A stretch of 64,000 bases of DNA from a virus. Taxonomy: Duplodnaviria > Caudoviricetes. Location of the stretch: IMG/VR virus record IMGVR_UViG_3300027278_000003; one strand, 5' to 3'. Positions 43,370 to 51,626 of this stretch are shown piece by piece. Position numbers and translations under genes: made by a program. Numbering within the stretch: the stretch's first letter is position 1; each line of letters starts with the position of its first letter. The notes under the pieces are model-generated. The model had not been told where the DNA came from, did no database searches, and saw only the letters and a list, made by a program, of their open reading frames with translations.

Positions 43370-43795
43370 ATGTATGAGTATAAATGTAAAATTCTTCGTG
43401 TAGTAGACGGAGATACAATTGATGTGGACATTGATCTAGGTTTTGGTATTTGGAAGCGAGGAGAACGCGTCCGCGTCATAGGTATTGATACTCCAGAAAG
43501 TAGAACTAAAGATTTAACTGAAAAGAAATTCGGTATCGCAGCAAAGGACTTTGTAAAAGGACTGCTTCCGATCGGCAGTGCGCAAATAATTAAGACACAT
43601 AAAGACGAAACTGGTAAGTTCGGAAGAATACTCGGAGACTTTGTGTTACCAAACGATAAGCTACTTTCCGCTCATATGATAGAAAATTATCACGCAGTTG
43701 CATATAATGGTGAAAATAAAGAAGACGTAAAAGAGTTACATATGCTAAATAGAAACAAGCTACTGGAAAGTGGCATAGTCAAATTGGAGGACTAA
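43370..43795 (+). CDS. Thermonuclease (SNase-like)
   Basis: RVVDGDTIDV, VRVIGIDTPE, GKFGRILG. Confidence 0.9.
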   Translation: MYEYKCKILRVVDGDTIDVDIDLGFGIWKRGERVRVIGIDTPESRTKDLTEKKFGIAAKDFVKGLLPIGSAQIIKTHKDETGKFGRILGDFVLPNDKLLSAHMIENYHAVAYNGENKEDVKELHMLNRNKLLESGIVKLED

Positions 43796-43796
43796 A

Positions 43797-44249
43797 ATGG
43801 CGTACAAATTAAGCAAGCGCAGCCTTGCAAGATTAGAGGGCGTAGATGAAAGACTAGTTCGTGTTGTGAAACGTGCGATTGAACTTACAACTGTTGATTT
43901 TGGGGTAGTTCAGGGTTTAAGAACCGTCGAAGAACAGCGTGAACTTGTTGCAAAAGGCGCATCACAGACTATGAAGTCAAAACATATTGACGGCATTGCC
44001 GTAGATTTAATGGCATATGTTGGCGGCAAGGCATCATGGGAACTGTCACTATATGACAACATCGCAGACGCGATGAAACTTGCAGCTATGGAAGAGGGAG
44101 TTGCAATACGTTGGGGCGCGGCATGGCAAGTATCCGATATCAGAGAATGGGACGGCACCATGCAAGATGCATCTAACGCGTATATCGACCTAAGAAGAAG
44201 TCAAGGAAAAAGACCATTCATTGATGGCCCGCATTTTGAATTGATGTGA
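43797..44249 (+). CDS. Peptidase M15 endolysin (L-Ala-D-Glu peptidase type)
   Basis: GLRTVEEQ, SKHIDGIAVD, IRWG, DGPHFE. Confidence 0.9.
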   Translation: MAYKLSKRSLARLEGVDERLVRVVKRAIELTTVDFGVVQGLRTVEEQRELVAKGASQTMKSKHIDGIAVDLMAYVGGKASWELSLYDNIADAMKLAAMEEGVAIRWGAAWQVSDIREWDGTMQDASNAYIDLRRSQGKRPFIDGPHFELM

Positions 44250-44272
44250 TAAAAATTACAAATAGAATACTA

Positions 44273-44299
44273 AAAAGGGAGCAATGCTCCCTTTTCTTT
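44273..44299. terminator. Bidirectional terminator
   Basis: AAAAGGGAGC-AAT-GCTCCCTTTT. Confidence 0.85.
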
Positions 44300-44538
44300 T
44301 ATGGTCTGATATTTTGTTTTCGTGGGTTACCCCAAATTTCACGTGCATTGACCCGAATGAACTTACGATTGGTTTCATTCTTGTTTGGGTTCTCAATAGT
44401 TAGAACAACGTTCTTGCCTTTTGCCCAAGCCGCACGTTGATTAACAATGCGTGTACCTGGAGTACGAATACTAGTCTTCATTGATCCGCCATGAACACCC
44501 TGTGATGTTTGCGTAGCTCTTTGCTTTTTCTTGCCCAT
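44299..44538 (-). CDS. Basic hypothetical protein
   Basis: GAGGA RBS; MGKKKQRATQTSQG. Confidence 0.7.
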   Translation of the reverse strand: MGKKKQRATQTSQGVHGGSMKTSIRTPGTRIVNQRAAWAKGKNVVLTIENPNKNETNRKFIRVNAREIWGNPRKQNIRP

Positions 44539-44552
44539 TTTGATTTCCTCTT

Positions 44553-44780
44553 TTAGAATTTTTTATTGTTTGGGATTATTTTTTGTTCTTTATTTATTTC
44601 TTCTGGTTCGTTGCATTTGTCACAACTACAGTGGTTACATACTTGTATTTCTCGTAACGCACCACCGTCTACCGAATAGTCTCTTACCGTCATAGTAGTG
44701 GGCCCACCACAATGTGATGGGTGCCCGCATATTTCACAGTGAGTAGCAGTTTGCTTTGTTGATAGTGGGGTTATGGTCAT
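44553..44780 (-). CDS. Small Cys/His-rich (Zn-binding) protein
   Basis: CEICGHPSHC..CNHCSCDKC. Confidence 0.6.
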   Translation of the reverse strand: MTITPLSTKQTATHCEICGHPSHCGGPTTMTVRDYSVDGGALREIQVCNHCSCDKCNEPEEINKEQKIIPNNKKF

Positions 44781-45514
44781 TTCTTACCCATAAGATTTTT
44801 TTCAACCCACTTGATTGCTTTACGGTACATGCCATCATAGCCTGAACCACTAACATCGACACCATCCTCAAAATCTAGATTTTCTAAATGGTCCACAAAT
44901 TTCGCAATGTCTTCTTTTGAATACTGTGACCAATTTACTTTTGGTAGATTGTTGAAGTCGTAGTCGATTCCGTTTGGTAGATCACCACCTAGAATATCAT
45001 GCCAACTTGCACTTTCTTCTTTAACAGGAATATCTCGTTCATCTTTCATGCCACTGTAGTCTGTATCCATCTGACGAAATTCTTCATATGAAAGATACAT
45101 GTCGCGGTCTTTGTCGTAATACTTTCCTTCTTTTGGATCGTAATAAACAACTGCACCGTTTAGTGTGCGGAACGGACCTTCTAGTCCATTGATTTCAGGA
45201 TACTTGTCGTTGTCGATTTGTGGAAGAATTTTGTAACCTTCCTGTAGGTCTTCGCCATCCATATAGTCTGCAACAGCCTGAAGATAATCTTCAGCCATTG
45301 TAATCTTTGATGCTACCCAACCTTCGAGGCCTTCTTCTTCGCTTAGATTTTTTAGATGCTTTGCAATACGTGTTGCACTCTTTACTGTTGACAGTAGTTG
45401 CGACTTTGCCATAGATACTTCGTGATCAGTGTAGTCTGTGTCTTCTACTGGATTTTCAACGATAGCTTTGCTTGCACTTTCTATAAGCTGTTTCCATTTT
45501 TTCATATCTGACAT
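44777..45514 (-). CDS. Modular acidic protein, possible head-packaged protein
   Basis: GATAAATA upstream; KQLIES leader; DHEVSMA..EGWVASKITMAEDYL module. Confidence 0.7.
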   Translation of the reverse strand: MSDMKKWKQLIESASKAIVENPVEDTDYTDHEVSMAKSQLLSTVKSATRIAKHLKNLSEEEGLEGWVASKITMAEDYLQAVADYMDGEDLQEGYKILPQIDNDKYPEINGLEGPFRTLNGAVVYYDPKEGKYYDKDRDMYLSYEEFRQMDTDYSGMKDERDIPVKEESASWHDILGGDLPNGIDYDFNNLPKVNWSQYSKEDIAKFVDHLENLDFEDGVDVSGSGYDGMYRKAIKWVEKNLMGKK

Positions 45515-45542
45515 GGTGAATTCCTTTACAAAATATTTTATG

Positions 45543-45550
45543 TATTTATC
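45543..45550 (-). promoter_or_regulatory. Putative late promoter GATAAATA (minus strand)
   Basis: Upstream of ATG 45514. Confidence 0.55.
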
Positions 45551-46259
45551 TATATGAAGCGAAAATACTCAATCCGGTCTTTTCCATTATGCCATTCCTA
45601 GTAAACGCGCTTGCACAATGTATTCTAGCGCAATCAAAAACAATAACATCGCCGGGAACCCAGTTGCAAGTCTTTTCTATACTGAATCCTTCTAGCCAAC
45701 GTTTTTGCATAAGATGCTTGAAGTTTCCTTCTGGCTTTCTGCAATCTTCGTGTATACCATATATGTCTGAATAATCGTATAGTGGAATGTTAAACGGTGA
45801 GTCCATTTCTGGTCCACCTTTGTAGCATTTCACTGGACCTTCAACGTACATTTGATCGAATACATAAAACTGTGCATCGTCATCTCTGTGTTCCCAGTCA
45901 TCTCTGTATATCTTTTCCAGTGGTATTACAATGCACTTTGCTGGAATAGTAGAATGATCATCTTTTGGTACATCGTTATGAATGCCATGTGGGACTTTGA
46001 CGTTGAAATAGTTACCACCAAATATTTCAAGTTCGACATTCATATCTGTGCATACACGATCAACTATACTTTTGAATACTGCATCGTCCCAAGGAGGGAT
46101 ACCATTGACAGGTCCACTCGACTTGAAAATCTTTTCATTATCTCGTTTGAAGATGCCGAGCAAATGTGACACTTCGTCGGCGGTCAGATACTTTTCAAAC
46201 ACAACTGTTTCGCCAGTCCGTGAGATTATTTCATCAATTTGTTCTTGTGATCTTTTCAT
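45546..46259 (-). CDS. 2OG-Fe(II) oxygenase-like protein
   Basis: HGIHND ... DVIVFDCARIHC facial-triad-like pattern. Confidence 0.6.
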   Translation of the reverse strand: MKRSQEQIDEIISRTGETVVFEKYLTADEVSHLLGIFKRDNEKIFKSSGPVNGIPPWDDAVFKSIVDRVCTDMNVELEIFGGNYFNVKVPHGIHNDVPKDDHSTIPAKCIVIPLEKIYRDDWEHRDDDAQFYVFDQMYVEGPVKCYKGGPEMDSPFNIPLYDYSDIYGIHEDCRKPEGNFKHLMQKRWLEGFSIEKTCNWVPGDVIVFDCARIHCASAFTRNGIMEKTGLSIFASYR

Positions 46260-46326
46260 AATATTTTCCTTGACACGATGCTATTTATTTCATATAATGA
46301 TTGCATATAAAATATTGGAGTATGCC

Positions 46327-46575
46327 ATGACACATGAATTTAAGTTTGCGTTCACTTCCCGTGATCAGTTTTATGCTGTTGTTAAGTTTCTTAATTATGA
46401 ATGTGGAAAGGGAAACTGGACCATCAAAGGGAAAGTTTTGAAGGGATTGAAACGTATTGAACAATATAGTCAATATTACAAGAGTTACCACAATTCAGTT
46501 GAAAAAGTGGTTGTAATTCCGGAAGATAAGAGCTATGTTGAAGCTATGATTCGTTTTGTACATGGTGGAGAATAA
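46327..46575 (+). CDS. Hypothetical protein (MTHEFKF...)
   Basis: TTGACA-N17-TATAAT-like promoter and GGAG RBS upstream; 3' part of listed ORF 46048-46575. Confidence 0.65.
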   Translation: MTHEFKFAFTSRDQFYAVVKFLNYECGKGNWTIKGKVLKGLKRIEQYSQYYKSYHNSVEKVVVIPEDKSYVEAMIRFVHGGE

Positions 46576-46576
46576 T

Positions 46577-47593
46577 ATGACAGTACGCAAAGTGGGTTTT
46601 GCATGTAAGTACATGCACGCCGATCGTTCCCTACAAGCAAAAGTTCTAAAGGAAACAGAGCAACCACTTAACTTTCGCGGTACCACTATCAAGTGGCTAC
46701 GCGAAAATCAAGACGAAGCAGAGCGCCGTGTCTATGAGATTGTTGAACATAATTTGAATGCTACTGAGCGTTTGGTGGATTATGTTAGCACTCTTCCGCT
46801 AGAACAGCGTATGCTTCGTCTTGGTAGCGACATGCTCCCTGCTTACACTGAAAAGCAGTTTGGTAATTTGACTAAAACTAAATATATCACCGATCTTATC
46901 GAACGGCGTCTTGCATCAATCGGCGATAAAGCACGGTTGAATGATGTCAGACTATCAATGCATCCCGGACAGTTTTGTGTGCTTGCATCAGATAATCCAG
47001 ACATTGTTCAAAACAGCATTGAGGAATTTGAATATCATGTTGATATCGCAAGATGGATGGGCTACGGCAAGCAATTTCAAGACTTCAAAATCAATGTCCA
47101 CATCAGTGGCCGCCAAGGTCCAGCCGGTATCAAAGCCGCGCTTAAACGTCTCTCACCAGAGGCAAGAAACACTATTACAATCGAAAACGACGAAAACAAA
47201 TGGGGAATTGGAGACAGTCTTGAGCTTGCAAACGATCTCGCTCTGGTGCTAGACATTCACCATCATTGGTGTCATTCAGGAGGCGAATATATTGAAGCAA
47301 CGGACGATAGGGTTAAACGAGTTATTGATAGCTGGCGCGGTGTGCGTCCCGTTATTCACTACAGCGTATCTAGAGAAGATTTACTTACCGAGCATTCGAC
47401 AACAGACCGTCCAGACTTTGGATCCCTGTTTGATCGAGGATTTAAAAAGGCAAAACTTCGCGCACACAGCGACTACATGTGGAACAGCGCAGTCAACGAA
47501 TGGGCTGGAACATTTAGAGAAACATGCGATATCATGGTAGAGGCAAAGTGTAAGAACTTGGCTAGTATTCCATTCGAGGAGGCAACACGGTAA
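46577..47593 (+). CDS. uvsE: UV damage endonuclease UvsE/UVDE
   Basis: GFACKY, LRLGSDMLP, RLSMHPGQFCVLAS, KINVHISG, TIENDE, LDIHHHW, RAHSDY, IMVEAKCKNLA. Confidence 0.95.
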   Translation: MTVRKVGFACKYMHADRSLQAKVLKETEQPLNFRGTTIKWLRENQDEAERRVYEIVEHNLNATERLVDYVSTLPLEQRMLRLGSDMLPAYTEKQFGNLTKTKYITDLIERRLASIGDKARLNDVRLSMHPGQFCVLASDNPDIVQNSIEEFEYHVDIARWMGYGKQFQDFKINVHISGRQGPAGIKAALKRLSPEARNTITIENDENKWGIGDSLELANDLALVLDIHHHWCHSGGEYIEATDDRVKRVIDSWRGVRPVIHYSVSREDLLTEHSTTDRPDFGSLFDRGFKKAKLRAHSDYMWNSAVNEWAGTFRETCDIMVEAKCKNLASIPFEEATR

Positions 47594-48144
47594 TGAGTAG
47601 AGATATCTGGGTAATCAGCGACACCCACTTATTTCACAGCAACATTCTAAACTTTAAGGACAAAGACGGCGTTCGTTTTCGTGGTGAACTGTTTGACAAT
47701 GTTGACCAAATGAATGAGTGTATGCTTGAAAACTGGAACAGTGTCGTTAAGCAAGGTGATATCGTGTATCACCTTGGCGATGTCTTTATGGGCGATAAAG
47801 AAGACTTCAAGAAACTGTGGCCCAAATTCAATGGCAGCAAACGTCTCATTGTTGGCAATCACGATGATATTAAGTTTCTATCAAGTGGTGGGTTCTTTGC
47901 AAAAGTTCAAATGTGGAGAATGTTTCCAGAATTTGGTTTGATGTTTAGTCACGTCCCCCTTCACGAAAGTGGATTGCTACAACAGACAGACAAAACAAAA
48001 GTGTGGCCTGATGGATGTGAAACACTGCTAAATGTTCACGGGCATATTCACCAACACGATAGCCCAGAAGGTCCATACCGCAACGTATCAGTTGAAAAAA
48101 TTAACTACACACCAGTAAACATTGAGGAACTTCGCAAATGGTAG
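47593..48144 (+). CDS. Calcineurin-like metallophosphoesterase
   Basis: ISDTHLFH, HLGDVF, VGNHD, SHVP, NVHGHIH. Confidence 0.9.
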   Translation: MSRDIWVISDTHLFHSNILNFKDKDGVRFRGELFDNVDQMNECMLENWNSVVKQGDIVYHLGDVFMGDKEDFKKLWPKFNGSKRLIVGNHDDIKFLSSGGFFAKVQMWRMFPEFGLMFSHVPLHESGLLQQTDKTKVWPDGCETLLNVHGHIHQHDSPEGPYRNVSVEKINYTPVNIEELRKW

Positions 48145-48386
48145 AAAAGGTTATGGTTGCTGCGATTAGCATTGGTCTTGATAAAGAAATCAGAGGTACA
48201 TGCCGTAACGTTCTGCTTGGCTTCTGTAAGACGGAACCGGGACAATATTTGGTAGAACATGCACAACGGGTGTATGATTCTTTTTGCGCCATCGGCGATT
48301 ATGAAGGTGGCACAGTAAACATCTGGGCGGAATTTGAAAATATGAATGATGCAATGATGTATGTAATGAGGTATGGAAATGATTGA
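48138..48386 (+). CDS. Hypothetical protein
   Basis: ORF in operon. Confidence 0.6.
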   Translation: MVEKVMVAAISIGLDKEIRGTCRNVLLGFCKTEPGQYLVEHAQRVYDSFCAIGDYEGGTVNIWAEFENMNDAMMYVMRYGND

Positions 48387-48624
48387 TCCGAACACTTTAA
48401 TTGAACTAGCAGAGACCATGGGAATACAAGATTCTATTGATTGGGATAAGTCTATGCTAGACAAAGAAGTGGCATATGAAAGTATGTCCATAACTACGCT
48501 TGAAATGTTTGAAAACATCCAATCTTCGGATGACAAAGAAGTATTGCTACTTGCGACTATTCTAAAGTTGATGGTAGAGAATTTGGCACTTAAAATTGAT
48601 GCACAAAATCAAACGGATAATTAA
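48373..48624 (+). CDS. Hypothetical protein
   Basis: ORF in operon. Confidence 0.6.
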   Translation: MEMIDPNTLIELAETMGIQDSIDWDKSMLDKEVAYESMSITTLEMFENIQSSDDKEVLLLATILKLMVENLALKIDAQNQTDN

Positions 48625-48844
48625 AACATTCAACATAAACGATGGATCAGAAGATCCAGGTATGTATGCAAGTCTAGCAATACAGGATTGGGTAGAAGAA
48701 AACGAATGGATTCGTGAAAAGATTTCCACTGGTGACGTGGAACTAGATATGGTTCGTAATCCAGCAACACTTCAACTTTGCTATCGTATAGTGTTGAATG
48801 CAACGCAGGAGGAACATGCTTACTACATGTTTACAAACGAATGA
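48596..48844 (+). CDS. Hypothetical protein
   Basis: ORF in operon. Confidence 0.55.
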   Translation: MMHKIKRIIKTFNINDGSEDPGMYASLAIQDWVEENEWIREKISTGDVELDMVRNPATLQLCYRIVLNATQEEHAYYMFTNE

Positions 48845-49305
48845 AAAATAATGACACATATCATCCAATAACAAATGAAATCAGAGACAAGATAAAACTC
48901 TTGTTGTCTGATTTTTCCCATTCTGCACTAGGGACTATAAACGCAGAATTCCCAATGGTGACCAAAGTAGTCCCAATGATATTAAACGATGAAATCTATT
49001 TGTTGCTTAGTGATCTAAGTGAACACACACGAAATATTTCAGATAATAAACGCTGTAGTGTATATTTTGCTGGTGTAGAATTTCACAAAACAAAAATGAA
49101 TAATCCTCGCGTTACATTTAGCGGCACGATTGAAAAACTTTTGCTTGATAAATCGTCAAATGAATATCAAAATCTGTTAAGTGAATATTGCAAAGTAGAT
49201 AGCGGTGCGCAGATGTGGGGAATGTTCGGGGATTTCAACTTTTATAAACTTACAGTTAGTCGTACTCTTTATGTTGAAGGTTTTGCAAAAGCATATGTAG
49301 AATAA
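48841..49305 (+). CDS. Pyridoxamine 5'-phosphate oxidase-like FMN split-barrel protein (HugZ/HutZ-like)
   Basis: ALGTI..LLSDLSEHTRNI..PRVTFSG..FGDFNFYKL..YVEGFAKA. Confidence 0.75.
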   Translation: MKNNDTYHPITNEIRDKIKLLLSDFSHSALGTINAEFPMVTKVVPMILNDEIYLLLSDLSEHTRNISDNKRCSVYFAGVEFHKTKMNNPRVTFSGTIEKLLLDKSSNEYQNLLSEYCKVDSGAQMWGMFGDFNFYKLTVSRTLYVEGFAKAYVE

Positions 49306-49307
49306 AC

Positions 49308-49335
49308 TTGACATCCTCGCGAATCATGCTATAAC
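49308..49335 (+). promoter_or_regulatory. Sigma70 promoter with CGAATCA (GANTC) in spacer
   Basis: TTGACA-TCCTCG-CGAATCA-TGC-TATAAC. Confidence 0.7.
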
Positions 49336-49369
49336 TAATATGTAAGCAAAGAGAAGGATTGGAAGAATA

Positions 49370-49819
49370 ATGCTGGTAGTATTTGACATTGACGGAACCT
49401 TAGCAAACATCGAGCATCGGCTGGATTATGTTCGCAGCAAACCAAAGAACTGGAAGGCGTTTGACGCTGGCATTCCGAATGATGTTGTGAATCCACATGT
49501 GGCAGCAGCGTTCTTTGCTCTGCGTGATGCTGGTCACGACATTGTGTTTGCCAGTGGTCGTAACGAGCGTAGCGGTGATGCTACTGTAGCATGGCTGGAT
49601 GCTAATGGCTTTTGGAGCGTTGATTCGCATCTGTTCATGCGTAAGGCAGACGACTTCCGCAGCGATGACATTGTCAAGCAAGAAATCTTGGATCAAATCA
49701 TTGCGGACTACGGTAAAAAGCCTGACATGGTGTTTGATGATCGTCCACGTGTTGTGCGCATGTGGCGTGATAACGGTATCTTTGTTTTTAATGTATATCA
49801 AGGTGAAGAGGACTTCTAA
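49370..49819 (+). CDS. HAD 3'-phosphatase (T4 Pnk/PseT C-terminal domain as stand-alone protein)
   Basis: VFDIDGTLA, ASGR, MRKADDFRSDDIVK, FDDRPRVVRMWR. Confidence 0.88.
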   Translation: MLVVFDIDGTLANIEHRLDYVRSKPKNWKAFDAGIPNDVVNPHVAAAFFALRDAGHDIVFASGRNERSGDATVAWLDANGFWSVDSHLFMRKADDFRSDDIVKQEILDQIIADYGKKPDMVFDDRPRVVRMWRDNGIFVFNVYQGEEDF

Positions 49820-50148
49820 TGTCACTAATTGAAAAACTTAAATGGTTCTGGAACCCACAAACCGAAGCAGAGAAGGCTTACGAAACCGACCCTCTTCGTC
49901 GGCGTAATCAATTATTGAAAGTTTATATCAAAGGAGTTGACAACCCATTTATCAGAGTGTATAGTCAAGAGGATGTTAGGGGTCGTGATTGGGTGTTTAG
50001 AAACGCTAACGAGAATTCGTTTAACTCTGATCTTAATAGTTGGCTTGATAAACGTGGTAGTGACGGAATTCGTATTGGTAACGTTTGGCATGCTCCAGAA
50101 TCAATTGATCGAATCGAACTAGGTCAACAAACTGTAGAGGAACTGTAA
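49819..50148 (+). CDS. Hypothetical protein
   Basis: TAATG coupling. Confidence 0.65.
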   Translation: MSLIEKLKWFWNPQTEAEKAYETDPLRRRNQLLKVYIKGVDNPFIRVYSQEDVRGRDWVFRNANENSFNSDLNSWLDKRGSDGIRIGNVWHAPESIDRIELGQQTVEEL

Positions 50149-50318
50149 TGCTCGGAGTTACACTAGCTATTATGTTTGCGGGCTATATGATTGCTGACGC
50201 TATTCTATTCGTGAATGGATATAAAAGTTGGATCTTTTACGCCAAAACTGATCAAGAAAAAGCAGTTCGCCAGAGGTGGTTCCGAGACCGAGAAATTCAA
50301 TGGGATGAAGAACAATGA
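50148..50318 (+). CDS. Unlisted 56-aa membrane protein MLGVTLAIMFAGYMIADAILF...
   Basis: Coupled TAATG/ATGA overlaps; N-terminal hydrophobic helix. Confidence 0.6.
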   Translation: MLGVTLAIMFAGYMIADAILFVNGYKSWIFYAKTDQEKAVRQRWFRDREIQWDEEQ

Positions 50319-50941
50319 GTGCTTATCCTTGGTCTAGAATACAATACACTGATCTGGCAACCGAAGCATATGTTCTTATGAATGAGAACGAAATCAACGG
50401 TTGCGAGTATCACAACAACAGTCATATTGAAGCGATGTATCAGTATCTTGAAGATACAAACGTTCCATACGATTCCAATCTTGATTGGGCAGTAATGTTT
50501 CACGACATTGTGTATGATAATCAACCAGATAAAGAAGAACGTTCTGCATTGCTATTCTACGATATGTGTAAACAATATAGCGGATTTAGCAATTATGAAG
50601 TTGATTTGATTGAGATTGGTATTCTTATCGGGCAGACTATTCGCCACGAAGTCACAACTTGGTCAAAAGATACTCATAAAGCACTTATTCGTGCAGACCT
50701 TCACGCATTGACTGACAAAGTGCAAACAACAAATAACTTTGTAAGGATTATGAATGAGTCTATGAACTTGTATGGTTGCACGGTTGAAGAATTTGCACGA
50801 AACAACATTTCGTTTATGCAAAAACTCAAAGAAACTATGATGCTGAATATTTTGGTTGACAATGTGAACGAATCATTCTATAACAGTGTCATAGAGGGTA
50901 TTGACACAACTCGCAAACTAGCACAAGCATTGGAGAAATAA
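50315..50941 (+). CDS. HD-domain metal-dependent phosphohydrolase
   Basis: YHNNSHI, FHDIVYD, EERSA, IRADL. Confidence 0.75.
   Translation: MSAYPWSRIQYTDLATEAYVLMNENEINGCEYHNNSHIEAMYQYLEDTNVPYDSNLDWAVMFHDIVYDNQPDKEERSALLFYDMCKQYSGFSNYEVDLIEIGILIGQTIRHEVTTWSKDTHKALIRADLHALTDKVQTTNNFVRIMNESMNLYGCTVEEFARNNISFMQKLKETMMLNILVDNVNESFYNSVIEGIDTTRKLAQALEK
50856..50884 (+). promoter_or_regulatory. Intragenic sigma70 promoter with CGAATCA (GANTC) in spacer
   Basis: TTGACA-ATGTGAA-CGAATCA-TTC-TATAAC inside HD gene, upstream of kinase. Confidence 0.6.
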
Positions 50942-51477
50942 TGTCTGAACCTATTTGTTATGTAATGGTTGGCTTGCCTGGTTTGGGCAAATCCACTATT
51001 GTAAATGGTATGTATAAAGATGTTGATACTTTCATTTACAGCACTGACCAATTCATTGAAGAAGCGGCCGCCAACTTTGGTAAGACTTATAATGAAGCGT
51101 TTGAAGATAACATCAAAGCAGCAACAGAGTCCATGAACGCACTGTTAGATGATGCAATTAAAGAACAGCGAGACATCATCTGGGACCAAACCAACCTTGG
51201 TGAAGGCAAGCGTAAGAAAATCATCAACCGTATGAAGCAAGCGGGATACCAAGTTCGTTGTGAATGTATCATTCCACCAGAAGCAGGGTGGTTCGATGAT
51301 CAAAAAGCGTGGGCCTATCGCTTGCGCAATCGTCCTGGAAAAACTATTCCACAAAACATCTTGACTAATATGATCGAATCATTTACTGTCCCTACTGTAG
51401 CGGAAGGTTTTGATATGATCACTTTCTACAATATGCATGGTGCCTTGCTTGGCATTGATTATGGAGTTGACGAATGA
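50941..51477 (+). CDS. P-loop kinase (polynucleotide-kinase-like, AAA_33)
   Basis: MVGLPGLGKST, YSTD, IIWDQTNL, RLRNRPGKTIP. Confidence 0.85.
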   Translation: MSEPICYVMVGLPGLGKSTIVNGMYKDVDTFIYSTDQFIEEAAANFGKTYNEAFEDNIKAATESMNALLDDAIKEQRDIIWDQTNLGEGKRKKIINRMKQAGYQVRCECIIPPEAGWFDDQKAWAYRLRNRPGKTIPQNILTNMIESFTVPTVAEGFDMITFYNMHGALLGIDYGVDE

Positions 51478-51623
51478 AGCAGTACATTGTTGAAGTTTAC
51501 GTTGCAGATCAAAAAGTAAAACAGTTTGTAACTGAATCCTACGATATTGCCGAAACCATCGCAGAAAACATTGCTGACGATATTACTGACACACGTATCA
51601 AAGAAGTAGAACTAGGAGCATAA
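51474..51623 (+). CDS. Unlisted 49-aa protein
   Basis: GGAG RBS, ATGA overlap. Confidence 0.55.
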   Translation: MKQYIVEVYVADQKVKQFVTESYDIAETIAENIADDITDTRIKEVELGA

Positions 51624-51626
51624 GAT

